64,000 nt of DNA from an uncultured Rikenellaceae bacterium (GTDB lineage: Bacteria > Bacteroidota > Bacteroidia > Bacteroidales > VadinHA17): positions 24,590 to 88,589 of the forward strand of contig CAZBQM010000001.1 of the NCBI GenBank assembly GCA_964494045.1. The letters run 5' to 3'. Positions 47,451 through 56,280 of the stretch are shown in pieces. The first letter of the stretch is position 1. Each line of letters opens with the position of its first letter. The notes beneath the pieces were generated by a model that saw nothing but the letters and a program-made list of their open reading frames with translations, was not told where the DNA came from and searched no databases. Both the position numbers and the translations under genes were made by a program.

Positions 47451-48627
47451 TGAAGGATATTACGGAGAATTCGGGGGGGCATTTATCCCCGAGATGATGC
47501 AACAAAATATCAATGAGTTAAAAAATAGCTACAAGCAGATTCTGGAATCAGAACAATTCAGGAAAGAGTTTTCATCGCTGCTCAGAGACTATGCAGGACG
47601 ACCCTCACCCCTGTACCATGCCGGAAGACTGTCGGCACACTATGGTACAAACATCTACCTGAAGAGGGAAGATCTTAACCATACGGGGGCTCACAAAATA
47701 AACAATGCCATAGGACAAATACTTATAGCAGGTATGCTTGGCAAGACAAGAATAATTGCCGAGACGGGAGCAGGGCAGCATGGAGTGGCAACAGCGACCG
47801 TATGTGCTCTTACCGGTTTGAAATGTGTTGTTTACATGGGCAAAACAGATGTTGAACGCCAGGCTCCCAATGTAAAGAGGATGAAGATGCTCGGTGCCGA
47901 GGTCATACCCGTGACTTCGGGTAACATGACCTTAAAGGATGCGACCAATGAGGCTATCAGGGACTGGATCAATAATCCCGAAGACACCCATTACATAATC
48001 GGTTCCGTTGTGGGTCCGCATCCTTATCCCGAGCTGGTGGCCAGGCTGCAGTCGGTTATCAGTGAAGAGATCAGATGGCAGCTGAAGGAACAGACGGGAA
48101 AAACCGACCCCTCCGTTCTGATAGCCTGTGTTGGTGGCGGTAGCAATGCGGCAGGAACTTTCTATAACTATCTCGATTCCCCGGATGTCAGGCTTATCGG
48201 AGTGGAGGCGGCGGGCAGGGGCGTTGATTCAGATGAGACTGCTGCAACAATTGCACTCGGGCTGCCGGGGGTTATTCACGGAAGCAAGACAATCCTCCTG
48301 CAGGATCACGACGGACAGATTACCGAGCCTTATTCAGTATCGGCAGGCCTCGACTATCCCGGCACAGGTCCGCTTATGGCATGGCTTGCCAGGACAGGGA
48401 GGGCACAGTTTGAGAGTGCCACAGACACCGAAGCCCTCGATGCCGCGCTGAGGCTGACCAGGCTGGAAGGTATTATACCTGCACTTGAATCATCACATGC
48501 CCTCGCTCTCCTTGAAAAGGTCAGATTCGAAAAGGATGAGGTCATCGTCATCACCGTGTCAGGCAGGGGAGACAAAGACCTCGACACCTATATAAGGTAT
48601 ATGGAAAACCCCGGACTCTTCAGGTAA
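47431..48627 (+). CDS. trpB: tryptophan synthase beta subunit
   Basis: 398 aa. PLP-lysine motif [10 protein letters not shown] and GGGSNA. It overlaps trpF by 20 nt. Confidence 0.96.
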   Translation: MNYHVSNEGYYGEFGGAFIPEMMQQNINELKNSYKQILESEQFRKEFSSLLRDYAGRPSPLYHAGRLSAHYGTNIYLKREDLNHTGAHKINNAIGQILIAGMLGKTRIIAETGAGQHGVATATVCALTGLKCVVYMGKTDVERQAPNVKRMKMLGAEVIPVTSGNMTLKDATNEAIRDWINNPEDTHYIIGSVVGPHPYPELVARLQSVISEEIRWQLKEQTGKTDPSVLIACVGGGSNAAGTFYNYLDSPDVRLIGVEAAGRGVDSDETAATIALGLPGVIHGSKTILLQDHDGQITEPYSVSAGLDYPGTGPLMAWLARTGRAQFESATDTEALDAALRLTRLEGIIPALESSHALALLEKVRFEKDEVIVITVSGRGDKDLDTYIRYMENPGLFR

Positions 48628-48647
48628 CAATTAATTTACATTACAAC

Positions 48648-49418
48648 ATGAATCGTATAGAAAAACTGTTTACAGAAAAAAAAGATAAGATATTATCAGT
48701 TTATTTCACAGCAGGCTTTCCTGAGAAGGACTCCACCACTGAAATAATAACCGGCCTTCAGGATGCAGGAGCAGATATGATTGAGATCGGGATTCCTTTT
48801 TCCGATCCCGTGGCCGACGGACCTGTTATCCAGATGAGCAATATGACGGCTCTCCGTAACGGGATGAACCTCCGTCTTCTCTTCAGCCAGATAAGGAACA
48901 TTAAGGAAAAGGTCAGGGTGCCTCTTGTTCTTATGGGATACCTTAATCCTGTCCTCAGGTTCGGGATGGATGATTTTTGCAGGGAATGTGTATCCTCGGG
49001 AATTGATGGCATCATTTTACCCGATCTTCCTCCGGAAGTGTTTGAGAATGAGTACTCGGAAATGTTTCAGCAGCATGGTTTATCTTGCATGTTCCTGGTT
49101 TCTCCCTCTACCGGTGAAGAAAGAATCAGATATATCGATTCTGTCAGCAGGGGATTTATTTATGTTGTTTCATCTTCATCGACAACAGGCCGGAAAGACT
49201 CTTTCAGCGAACAACAAATGGCTTATTTCAGAAAGCTTAAGGAGATGGATCTCAGGTTACCGCTTATGACCGGTTTCGGAATCAGTAACGCAGGCACCTT
49301 CAACGATGCAACGAGATTTTCCAACGGGGCCATTATAGGGAGTGCATTCATTGAGATGATTGCCGGCAGGGGAGCCACGGGGCAAAACATTTCCTGCTTT
49401 ATAGGCAGTCTCAGGTAA
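48648..49418 (+). CDS. trpA: tryptophan synthase alpha subunit
   Basis: 256 aa with EIGIPFSDPVADGPVIQ and GFGIS motifs. Confidence 0.95.
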   Translation: MNRIEKLFTEKKDKILSVYFTAGFPEKDSTTEIITGLQDAGADMIEIGIPFSDPVADGPVIQMSNMTALRNGMNLRLLFSQIRNIKEKVRVPLVLMGYLNPVLRFGMDDFCRECVSSGIDGIILPDLPPEVFENEYSEMFQQHGLSCMFLVSPSTGEERIRYIDSVSRGFIYVVSSSSTTGRKDSFSEQQMAYFRKLKEMDLRLPLMTGFGISNAGTFNDATRFSNGAIIGSAFIEMIAGRGATGQNISCFIGSLR

Positions 49419-49450
49419 TCATTTCGGTATCATAGGATTTTCATTTGCCC

Positions 49451-49488
49451 GAGGGCAGGGACCTGGTTGTCCCTGCCCTCGTTTTTTT
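49451..49488 (+). terminator. intrinsic terminator of the trp operon
   Basis: Perfect 11-bp stem GAGGGCAGGGA / TCCCTGCCCTC with an 8-nt loop, then G + T7. Confidence 0.85.
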
Positions 49489-49556
49489 GATTACTGTTAC
49501 ATCACTGTCATGTTTAACGGATCATAATTTATAAGAATTTTAAATAAAAGTATTAT

Positions 49557-49669
49557 TACCCTCATGTAAAAAGGGGTATATGTATAAAAAGAAGTAAAAA
49601 ATAGGCTATACCCCCTTTATGAAAGGGGGTATCGAGTAAAAAAAGAGATAAAAAATTGTTTGTACCCCC
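49557..49669. promoter_or_regulatory. phased TACCCCC/GGGGGTA boxes upstream of amtB (candidate operator array)
   Basis: Boxes at 49557 (TACCC), 49573 (GGGGTA), 49609 (TACCCCC), 49625 (GGGGGTA) and 49663 (TACCCCC). The segment 49608-49632 is a perfect palindrome with 11-bp arms (ATACCCCCTTT-ATG-AAAGGGGGTAT). Same-orientation boxes are 52-54 nt apart. Confidence 0.45.
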
Positions 49670-49686
49670 AAAATAATATATGTTTG
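49659..49686 (+). promoter_or_regulatory. candidate amtB-glnK promoter
   Basis: TTTG at 49659-49662 and TATGTTTG at 49679-49686 (TAnnTTTG) with a 16-nt spacer, 38 nt upstream of the amtB ATG. The last TACCCCC box lies inside the spacer. Confidence 0.5.
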
Positions 49687-49723
49687 TCGGGAAATAAATA
49701 TTTTAAACTTAAAACAGACTACT

Positions 49724-51058
49724 ATGAGACCAAAGGGAAAAAGAGCTCTGATATCAGTATTGCTCTTGTTTCTTACCGTAACGGGAGTTCATGCTTCCGA
49801 TGGGGTTAATGTTGATTCGGGAGCCACAGCCTGGATGCTAACCTCAACTGCCCTTGTGCTTTTAATGATCCCCGGGCTGGCAATGTTTTACGGGGGACTG
49901 GTACGTACAAAGAACGTACTGGGAACAGTAATGCACAGTTTTGTTGCCATGGGAATAATCACTGTACTTTGGGTTGCCGTGGGATATTGTATGAGTTTCG
50001 GGAAGAACATCCTGGGCGGGCTTTTCGGATGGAATCCCAACTATTTGTTTCTTAATGGTATTGATACCAGCATCATGGATGCGGGGATACCCGAGTATGT
50101 GTTTTCGATGTTCCAGGGCAAGTTTGCCATTATCACTCCTGCGCTGATAGCGGGAGCCTTTGCGGAACGGGTGAATTTCAAGGCATATTGCATCTTTATT
50201 GCCCTCTGGAGTCTGCTGGTATATAATCCCTTATGTCACTGGGTCTGGGCGGCTGACGGGTTCCTGTTCAATCTCGGGGCAAAAGGAGCCATTGATTTTG
50301 CAGGAGGAACGGTTGTTCACATCTCTGCCGGTTTCAGTGGTCTGGTTGCCGCCCTGTTTCTTGGTTCGAGGCGTGGCTATCCCTACCAGGTCATCCGTCC
50401 CAACAACCTTGTGATCACCATGCTTGGGGCAGGACTTCTGTGGGTTGGATGGTTTGGCTTCAACGCTGGGAGCAGTATCTCGAGCGGTCTGAGCACAGCT
50501 CAGGCTCTGACAGCAACACAGATTGCCGCTGCCTCGGGAGCTCTCTCGTGGATACTGATCGAGGCCTTTCATCAGAAGAAAGCCACTGCGCTTGGCTTTG
50601 CCAGCGGAATACTTGCCGGACTGGTGGCAGTGACACCAGCTGCAGGAGTGGTTCAGCCCTATGGTGCAATGATCCTCGGGATACTGGCTTCAATGATATG
50701 CTACCTGGCAATTCAGGTCAAGAACAGGCTGGGTTATGATGATTCTCTCGATGCTTTCGGGATACATGGTGTAGGAGGAGTGGTGGGTGCAATATTCCTT
50801 ACATTCTTTATCCGCAAATCGTGGATGCAGGAAGCTGCAACAGCTTCGCCCGACGGTACCTGGACCATCTGGAACCAGCTTGGTGTGCAGGCTTTTGCAG
50901 TTCTGACAGCAATAGTATTTGCCTCGGTAATGACCTTTCTGATAATATATGTAATGAACAAGTTCATCCCGTTCAAGTCGACAGAAGAAGAGGAAATGGC
51001 AGGTCTTGACCGCTCGTATCACGGAGAAAGAGGCTATGGCATGCTTAACCCGAACTGA
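49724..51058 (+). CDS. amtB: ammonium transporter
   Basis: 444 aa with a signal peptide. Amt/MEP signatures: DFAGGTVVHISAGFSGL and AFGIHGVGGVVG. Confidence 0.95.
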   Translation: MRPKGKRALISVLLLFLTVTGVHASDGVNVDSGATAWMLTSTALVLLMIPGLAMFYGGLVRTKNVLGTVMHSFVAMGIITVLWVAVGYCMSFGKNILGGLFGWNPNYLFLNGIDTSIMDAGIPEYVFSMFQGKFAIITPALIAGAFAERVNFKAYCIFIALWSLLVYNPLCHWVWAADGFLFNLGAKGAIDFAGGTVVHISAGFSGLVAALFLGSRRGYPYQVIRPNNLVITMLGAGLLWVGWFGFNAGSSISSGLSTAQALTATQIAAASGALSWILIEAFHQKKATALGFASGILAGLVAVTPAAGVVQPYGAMILGILASMICYLAIQVKNRLGYDDSLDAFGIHGVGGVVGAIFLTFFIRKSWMQEAATASPDGTWTIWNQLGVQAFAVLTAIVFASVMTFLIIYVMNKFIPFKSTEEEEMAGLDRSYHGERGYGMLNPN

Positions 51059-51079
51059 AAAACTTTAAAATAAGAAATC

Positions 51080-51427
51080 ATGAAACTAATAACTGCAATA
51101 ATAAGGGAAGTACAGCTCGACAGGGTTCATGAGGCCCTTGTAAATGCTGAAATAAAAAGAATTACTGTAAGCAGGGTGTCGGGTCATGGGCAGCAGCGTG
51201 TTGAAGAGTTGCACAGGGGTCAGGTGATAGTACCCGACCTGATACCCAAGATTAAGATAGAAATAGCCGTTAACGATTCGTTCGTCGACATAACCGTTGA
51301 TACCATTTTGAAATCGGCCCGGACCAATGGTCCCGGTGGTTCTGTCGGCGATGGCAAGATCTTCATCACACCCCTTGAGGAATGTATAAGGATAAGGACG
51401 GGTGAAAGAGGGGGATCAGCAATCTGA
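51080..51427 (+). CDS. glnK: P-II nitrogen regulatory protein (GlnK-type, amtB-linked)
   Basis: 115 aa. MKLITAIIR start and C-terminal GDGKIFITPLEECIRIRTGE. The T-loop is GHGQQRVEELHRGQVIVPDLIPK. Confidence 0.92.
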   Translation: MKLITAIIREVQLDRVHEALVNAEIKRITVSRVSGHGQQRVEELHRGQVIVPDLIPKIKIEIAVNDSFVDITVDTILKSARTNGPGGSVGDGKIFITPLEECIRIRTGERGGSAI

Positions 51428-51484
51428 AAAAGACAGGGTTGCTCCGGAAATACCCCTGGTATTTTCCGGGCAACCCTGTCTTTT
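51428..51484. terminator. bidirectional terminator between convergent glnK and hcp
   Basis: Perfect 15-bp outer stem AAAAGACAGGGTTGC / GCAACCCTGTCTTTT, a 7-bp CCGGAAA/TTTCCGG helix and a 4-bp tip. An A-run lies on the left and TTTTATTTT on the right. Confidence 0.8.
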
Positions 51485-51497
51485 ATTTTCTGCACTA

Positions 51498-53150
51498 CTA
51501 ACTCAGGAAGAGCCTGAGATCATCTTCAACGATTCCAATACCTGCTATTCCGAACTTCTCGACAAGCACCTTGGCGACATTGGGTGAAAGGAAACCCGGC
51601 AATGTCGGACCAAGGTGGATGTTTTTGACCCCGAGGTACAGAAGGGCAAGGAGAACTATCACAGCTTTCTGCTCGTACCATGCGATGTTAAATGCTATCG
51701 GAAGATCATTGATATCGTTCAGATTGAATACTTCCTTAAGCTTAAGTGCAATAACGGCAAGCGAATAGGAGTCGTTGCACTGGCCTGCATCGAGAACCCT
51801 GGGAATACCATTTATATCACCAAGCCCAAGTTTGTTATAACGGTACTTGGCACAGCCTGCAGTAAGAATAACCGTATCCTTCGGGAGTGCGGCAGCAAAT
51901 TCGGTATAGTAATTCCTGTCTTTCATTCTTCCGTCACAACCGGCCATCACAAAGAACTTTCGTATGGCACCCGATTTAACTGCATCAACAACCTTGTCGG
52001 CAAGTGCCAGCACCTGGTTATGCGCAAAACCGCCAACGATCTCTCCTTTTTCAATTTCCACTGGAGGCTTGCATTTCTTTGCATGTTCAATGATTACAGA
52101 GAAATCTTTCTGTCCGCCAGCCGGTCTGTTGCCTATATGCATGAAACCGCTGAAGCCCGAGGCCCCTGTTGTATATACCCTGCCGGCATAGCCTGCATCT
52201 TTCCTGGGAGGAACAATACAGTTGGTGGTGAAGAGTATGGGACCGTTGAAAGTCTCGAACTCCTCCTTCTGTCTCCACCATGAGCTGCCATAGTTGCCCA
52301 CAAAGTGGCTGTACTTTTTGAAGGCAGGATAATAGTTGGCCGGAAGCATTTCACTGTGGGTGTAAACGTCGACTCCCGTGCCTTCGGTCTGTTTCAGGAG
52401 ATCCTCCATGTCCCTGAGGTCGTGACCGCTGATAAGGATACCCGGGTTATTTCTTACCCCAATATTGACCTTTGTAATTTCAGGATTCCCGTAGGTGGAA
52501 GTATTGGCCTTATCAAGAAGCGCCATTGCAGTCACTCCGAACTTACCCGTTTCCATTACAAGTGCAACAAGCTGATCGGCGCTAAGTGAGTCATCGGTGG
52601 TGGCGACCAGGGCTTCCTGCATGAATTTATAGATTGCCTTGTCTTCATAACCCAGGTTAAATGCATGTTCAGTGTATGCAGCCATACCTTTAACCCCGTA
52701 GATGACCAGCTCCCTCAGTGATCTCACATCCTCGTGAGCGGTTGAAAGGACTCCGACAGAGATATTCTTAGCCTCAAATTCTTCGACAGTGTTGCCGGTC
52801 CAGGTCGCCGACTCGTGAAGTTTCTCAAGCAGTTTGCCTCCGGCCTTGAGATAGGCATTTTTAACTTCATCCCTTAGCTTCAGTCCATCCCTGATCTTTT
52901 CAACAAACCTGCCGTAGTCGAAGTTGGCATTGGTGATGGTCATGAAAAGTCCATCGAAAACGAATTTGTCGACCTTGTTATTTTCGATGCCCAGCTCCCT
53001 TGCCCTGGTGCTGTAGAATGAGATCCCCTTCAATACAAATATCAGAAGATCCTGCATATTGGCAACTTTTTCGCTTTTACCGCATACACCCGAAATGGTA
53101 CATCCTGTACCTTTCGCCGTTTCCTGACACTGAAAACAAAACATACTCAT
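51498..53150 (-). CDS. hcp: hydroxylamine reductase / hybrid-cluster protein
   Basis: 550 aa with the N-terminal Cys cluster [23 protein letters not shown] and typical Hcp length. Confidence 0.95.
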   Translation of the reverse strand: MSMFCFQCQETAKGTGCTISGVCGKSEKVANMQDLLIFVLKGISFYSTRARELGIENNKVDKFVFDGLFMTITNANFDYGRFVEKIRDGLKLRDEVKNAYLKAGGKLLEKLHESATWTGNTVEEFEAKNISVGVLSTAHEDVRSLRELVIYGVKGMAAYTEHAFNLGYEDKAIYKFMQEALVATTDDSLSADQLVALVMETGKFGVTAMALLDKANTSTYGNPEITKVNIGVRNNPGILISGHDLRDMEDLLKQTEGTGVDVYTHSEMLPANYYPAFKKYSHFVGNYGSSWWRQKEEFETFNGPILFTTNCIVPPRKDAGYAGRVYTTGASGFSGFMHIGNRPAGGQKDFSVIIEHAKKCKPPVEIEKGEIVGGFAHNQVLALADKVVDAVKSGAIRKFFVMAGCDGRMKDRNYYTEFAAALPKDTVILTAGCAKYRYNKLGLGDINGIPRVLDAGQCNDSYSLAVIALKLKEVFNLNDINDLPIAFNIAWYEQKAVIVLLALLYLGVKNIHLGPTLPGFLSPNVAKVLVEKFGIAGIGIVEDDLRLFLS

Positions 53151-53265
53151 AACTGATTCTGTTTTAAATTAATACTATTAATCTTCTTCATCTGTTTCAG
53201 TTAGCCTTACCCCAGGCATACAGACTTAAAGTTCAGCAAAAAAACTAATATCTACTAATTTATAA

Positions 53266-53281
53266 TGTAACATATGTTACA
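53266..53281. promoter_or_regulatory. perfect 16-bp palindrome TGTAACATATGTTACA upstream of hcp (CRP/FNR-type site candidate)
   Basis: Layout is 5-6-5, TGTAA-N6-TTACA, located 116-131 nt upstream of the hcp ATG. On the hcp strand it is followed about 18 nt later by the T-rich TAGTTTTTTTG. Confidence 0.5.
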
Positions 53282-53424
53282 ATTCACTTCTTTATTAATT
53301 TTCCTTTAGCTTTAGCCCGGTATTTTGTCATCATAAATTAATTCACAGATTGCTAAAAGAAGTAAATTAGCTCCCTGACGGACTGTGGACGATTAAATGA
53401 CAGACCGGGAATCTGCGGCAATAT

Positions 53425-54492
53425 ATGAGAATACTGTATCTGGTAAAGAGTTTTAACTATGGAGGAGCTGAGAATCACGTTCTCGATCTGGCCAATTCAA
53501 TGACCCTCCGGGGCAACGAAGTGTATATCCTGACAAGGAAAGGACGACTGATTGAAAGGCTTAACAATGAGGTGACTATAGAGGATCTGAAGATGTCGGA
53601 CCTGTTATTTCCACTTGTCCTTTTCAGGATCTGCAGGTTCATAAGGAACAACAGGATAGAGATTATTCATGCCCATCAGAGGTTACCGATACTGTTTGCA
53701 TCGCTGGCCGGAAAGATTATGAAGATTCCGGTTGTTGTGACTGTTCATGGCCAGCCCCGGATTGATCTCAGGTCGCCGTTTTCAAGGAGCATTCCCGACA
53801 GGATCATATTCGTGAGCAGGAGGCTGCTGAACAAAGAAGGAAGTTACAGGGAAGTAGGAGGGAAGGCTCTTTTTATCCAGAACGGCGTTGAGGCAGGCGA
53901 TCCTGCAAGTGAATGGGATCGCGCATCATTGTGTTATGTCAGCAGGATTGACAGGAAACACTCCTCGGTTATTGGCATGATGATCAGGGAAGTCATGCCT
54001 GAGTTAATAAAATCCTTCCCGGATGTTTGCTTTCATGTTCTCGGTGATGGAGAATATATCGGGGAGCTCAGGCAATATGCCGGTAAGTTCAATTCAGAAG
54101 CAGGGAGGGAAGCCTGTGTCATTCACGGCTATGTAAAGGATATTAAACCGGTTATTGGCAGGTCGGGACTGGTACTTGGTGTGGGAAGGGTTGCCATTGA
54201 GTCGCTTGCGGTTGGTGTGCCGGTTCTTTCGGTCAACAGTGAATTCCTCGGAGACTTCATAACACATGAGAACTATTCGTTTTTCAAAGCCAACAATTTT
54301 GTTGCTGCCGGCAATGAAACCCCTGATCCATCGCGTCTGAGCGAGCTGGTGCTTAGCTATCTCAGGAATCCCGTCACGTTCCGTGAAGAAGCCTCATTGG
54401 TAAGGGAGAATATTATCAACGACTTTGGAATCATGAAGATAACAGGTCAGATAATGGATGTCTACAGGCAGCTTGTGCCGGGTGCCCGTTGA
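53425..54492 (+). CDS. GT-B fold glycosyltransferase (family 4/1-like)
   Basis: 355 aa. N-terminal YGGAENHVLDLA-type motif and a C-terminal nucleotide-sugar binding half (GVGRVAIESLAVGVPVL). Confidence 0.75.
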   Translation: MRILYLVKSFNYGGAENHVLDLANSMTLRGNEVYILTRKGRLIERLNNEVTIEDLKMSDLLFPLVLFRICRFIRNNRIEIIHAHQRLPILFASLAGKIMKIPVVVTVHGQPRIDLRSPFSRSIPDRIIFVSRRLLNKEGSYREVGGKALFIQNGVEAGDPASEWDRASLCYVSRIDRKHSSVIGMMIREVMPELIKSFPDVCFHVLGDGEYIGELRQYAGKFNSEAGREACVIHGYVKDIKPVIGRSGLVLGVGRVAIESLAVGVPVLSVNSEFLGDFITHENYSFFKANNFVAAGNETPDPSRLSELVLSYLRNPVTFREEASLVRENIINDFGIMKITGQIMDVYRQLVPGAR

Positions 54493-54680
54493 AGGAAAAG
54501 CCGTGGCAAATAGTTTTTCCCTGGATGTTCTATCCAAAAATTCCCGTGTTTTTTTAAAAAGTAAGGGAGAGTAAATCCCGCGAAATTTGTTTTTTTTCGC
54601 TATTTTACCAAAAAATAAAACTCAGGGTAAGGATTCATACATATCTGCAGTGTGCCCTGGTTTGCCCTTCAACATATCTT

Positions 54681-56162
54681 ATGGAGATAACGCTTGAGAA
54701 TATTCTTATTATAGGTTCGGTGCTAATGGGCTTAAGCGTACTGGCGGGTAAAACGTCTTTCAGGTTAGGGGTACCCACGCTTTTGCTTTTTGTGATAATA
54801 GGTATGCTGGCCGGATCGGAGGGATTCGGAAAGATAAACTTCAATGATGCCAGGATTGCCAGGTTTATAGGAATAGTGGCGCTTAACTTCATCCTTTTCT
54901 CTGGTGGTCTTGAAACCAGGAAGGAGGTGATCGGACCTGTTTTCTGGCATGGTTTCACACTGTCGACTGTAGGAGTGTTCATTACTGCCATCTCGGTTGG
55001 AGTATTTGTCTGGGCAGTCACCGACTTTACCTTTTATGAAGGCCTTCTTCTGGGGTCGATAGTATCATCGACCGATGCGGCAGCTGTGTTTTCTATTCTC
55101 CGGTCGAGAAACCTGGGTCTTAAAAAGAATATCAGGGCAACCCTTGAGCTCGAAAGCGGAAGCAACGATCCCATGGCCTACTTCCTTACAATCGCCGTTA
55201 TGGGGCTCATAATGGCCCATGACACTTCTCCCCTTCATGTACTTCCCCTGTTTTTAAAACAGGTAACAATAGCGGCTGTTACCGGGTACCTTAGCGGCCG
55301 TCTCGGAAAAGAGCTGATCAACAGGATAGGTCTCGATTTTACCGGCCTGTATCCGGTGCTTGTTATAGCCCTGATGTTTTTCACTTTTTCAGCCACCGAC
55401 CTTATGGGGGGCAATGGTTTCCTTGCCGTCTATATAACCGCCATTTACCTGGGGAACCAGTACCTGATTCACAAGAAGACCATAGTTCAGGTCTTTGACG
55501 GATTTGCCTGGCTGATGCAGATAGTGCTGTTTCTCACTCTCGGGCTTCTTGTCAATCCGGGCAGTGTGATACCTGTGATGGGTGTCGGCCTGCTTGTATC
55601 AGCCTTCCTGATCTTTGTCGCAAGACCTCTCAGTGTATTTGCCTGTCTTTTGCCTTTTGGGGTGAGGCTCAGGAATATAACCTTTATCTCATGGGTGGGG
55701 CTGAGGGGAGCGGTACCGATAGTGTTTGCCACCTATCCTCTGCTGGCCGGCATTGAGAAATCGTCGATGATCTTCAATATAGTCTTCTTTATATCCATAA
55801 CCTCGGTTCTGCTTCAGGGGACGACTCTCTCCTTTATCTCGAAATGGCTGCATGTTTCGGTTCCGGCAAAGGCGAAGCAGAAAACCCCTCCCGACATCGA
55901 ACTGTCCGATACTATCAGGTCGGAGCTTACCGAGATCGAGATCAGTGAGAACAATCCTATTGTGGGGAAGAAGATTGTCGAGCTTGGATTTCCGGGGTCG
56001 GCACTTATAACAGTCATCAAAAGAAGGGGGAAATACATCACTCCCAACGGATCGACCGTCATTGAGGCATACGACAGGCTGGTTGTTCTGGCCGAAACTT
56101 CCGAAAGCCTGGTCGAGGTATACAATACCCTTAAAGAGGACAGGGTCGATCTGCGCGAATAA
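54681..56162 (+). CDS. K+/H+ antiporter (CPA1, NhaP2-like) with C-terminal RCK_C/TrkA-C domain
   Basis: 493 aa. About 12 TM segments (GSIVSSTDAAAVFSIL, LESGSNDPMA) and a C-terminal TrkA-C segment (IVGKKIVELGFPGSALITVIKRRGKYITPNGSTVIEAYDRLVVLA). Confidence 0.88.
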   Translation: MEITLENILIIGSVLMGLSVLAGKTSFRLGVPTLLLFVIIGMLAGSEGFGKINFNDARIARFIGIVALNFILFSGGLETRKEVIGPVFWHGFTLSTVGVFITAISVGVFVWAVTDFTFYEGLLLGSIVSSTDAAAVFSILRSRNLGLKKNIRATLELESGSNDPMAYFLTIAVMGLIMAHDTSPLHVLPLFLKQVTIAAVTGYLSGRLGKELINRIGLDFTGLYPVLVIALMFFTFSATDLMGGNGFLAVYITAIYLGNQYLIHKKTIVQVFDGFAWLMQIVLFLTLGLLVNPGSVIPVMGVGLLVSAFLIFVARPLSVFACLLPFGVRLRNITFISWVGLRGAVPIVFATYPLLAGIEKSSMIFNIVFFISITSVLLQGTTLSFISKWLHVSVPAKAKQKTPPDIELSDTIRSELTEIEISENNPIVGKKIVELGFPGSALITVIKRRGKYITPNGSTVIEAYDRLVVLAETSESLVEVYNTLKEDRVDLRE

Positions 56163-56213
56163 TCCTTCAGGAAGCCTGCAACCTGTGTCCCGGGAAAATC
56201 GCCTGATTTTTCT

Positions 56214-56244
56214 TTTGTAGTTATTTATGCATTTTATATATTTG
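56214..56244 (+). promoter_or_regulatory. candidate promoter of comM/yifB
   Basis: TTTG at 56214-56217 and TATATTTG at 56237-56244, with a 19-nt spacer. Confidence 0.45.
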
Positions 56245-56280
56245 ATACAGTGTTTCCTTAAGTGCTAAAAAATTAGGATT

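Noticed and set aside
49608-49632. Reading the 25-bp amtB-upstream palindrome as an intrinsic terminator of the trp operon or of an sRNA
   Set aside because: No T-tract follows it on the plus strand, and the trp operon already has a strong terminator at 49451-49488. Its box recurs in phase around the amtB promoter, so a DNA operator is the better reading.
51615-52283. 222-aa plus-strand ORF antisense to hcp
   Set aside because: It has no motifs, and the opposite frame is a full-length hybrid-cluster protein.
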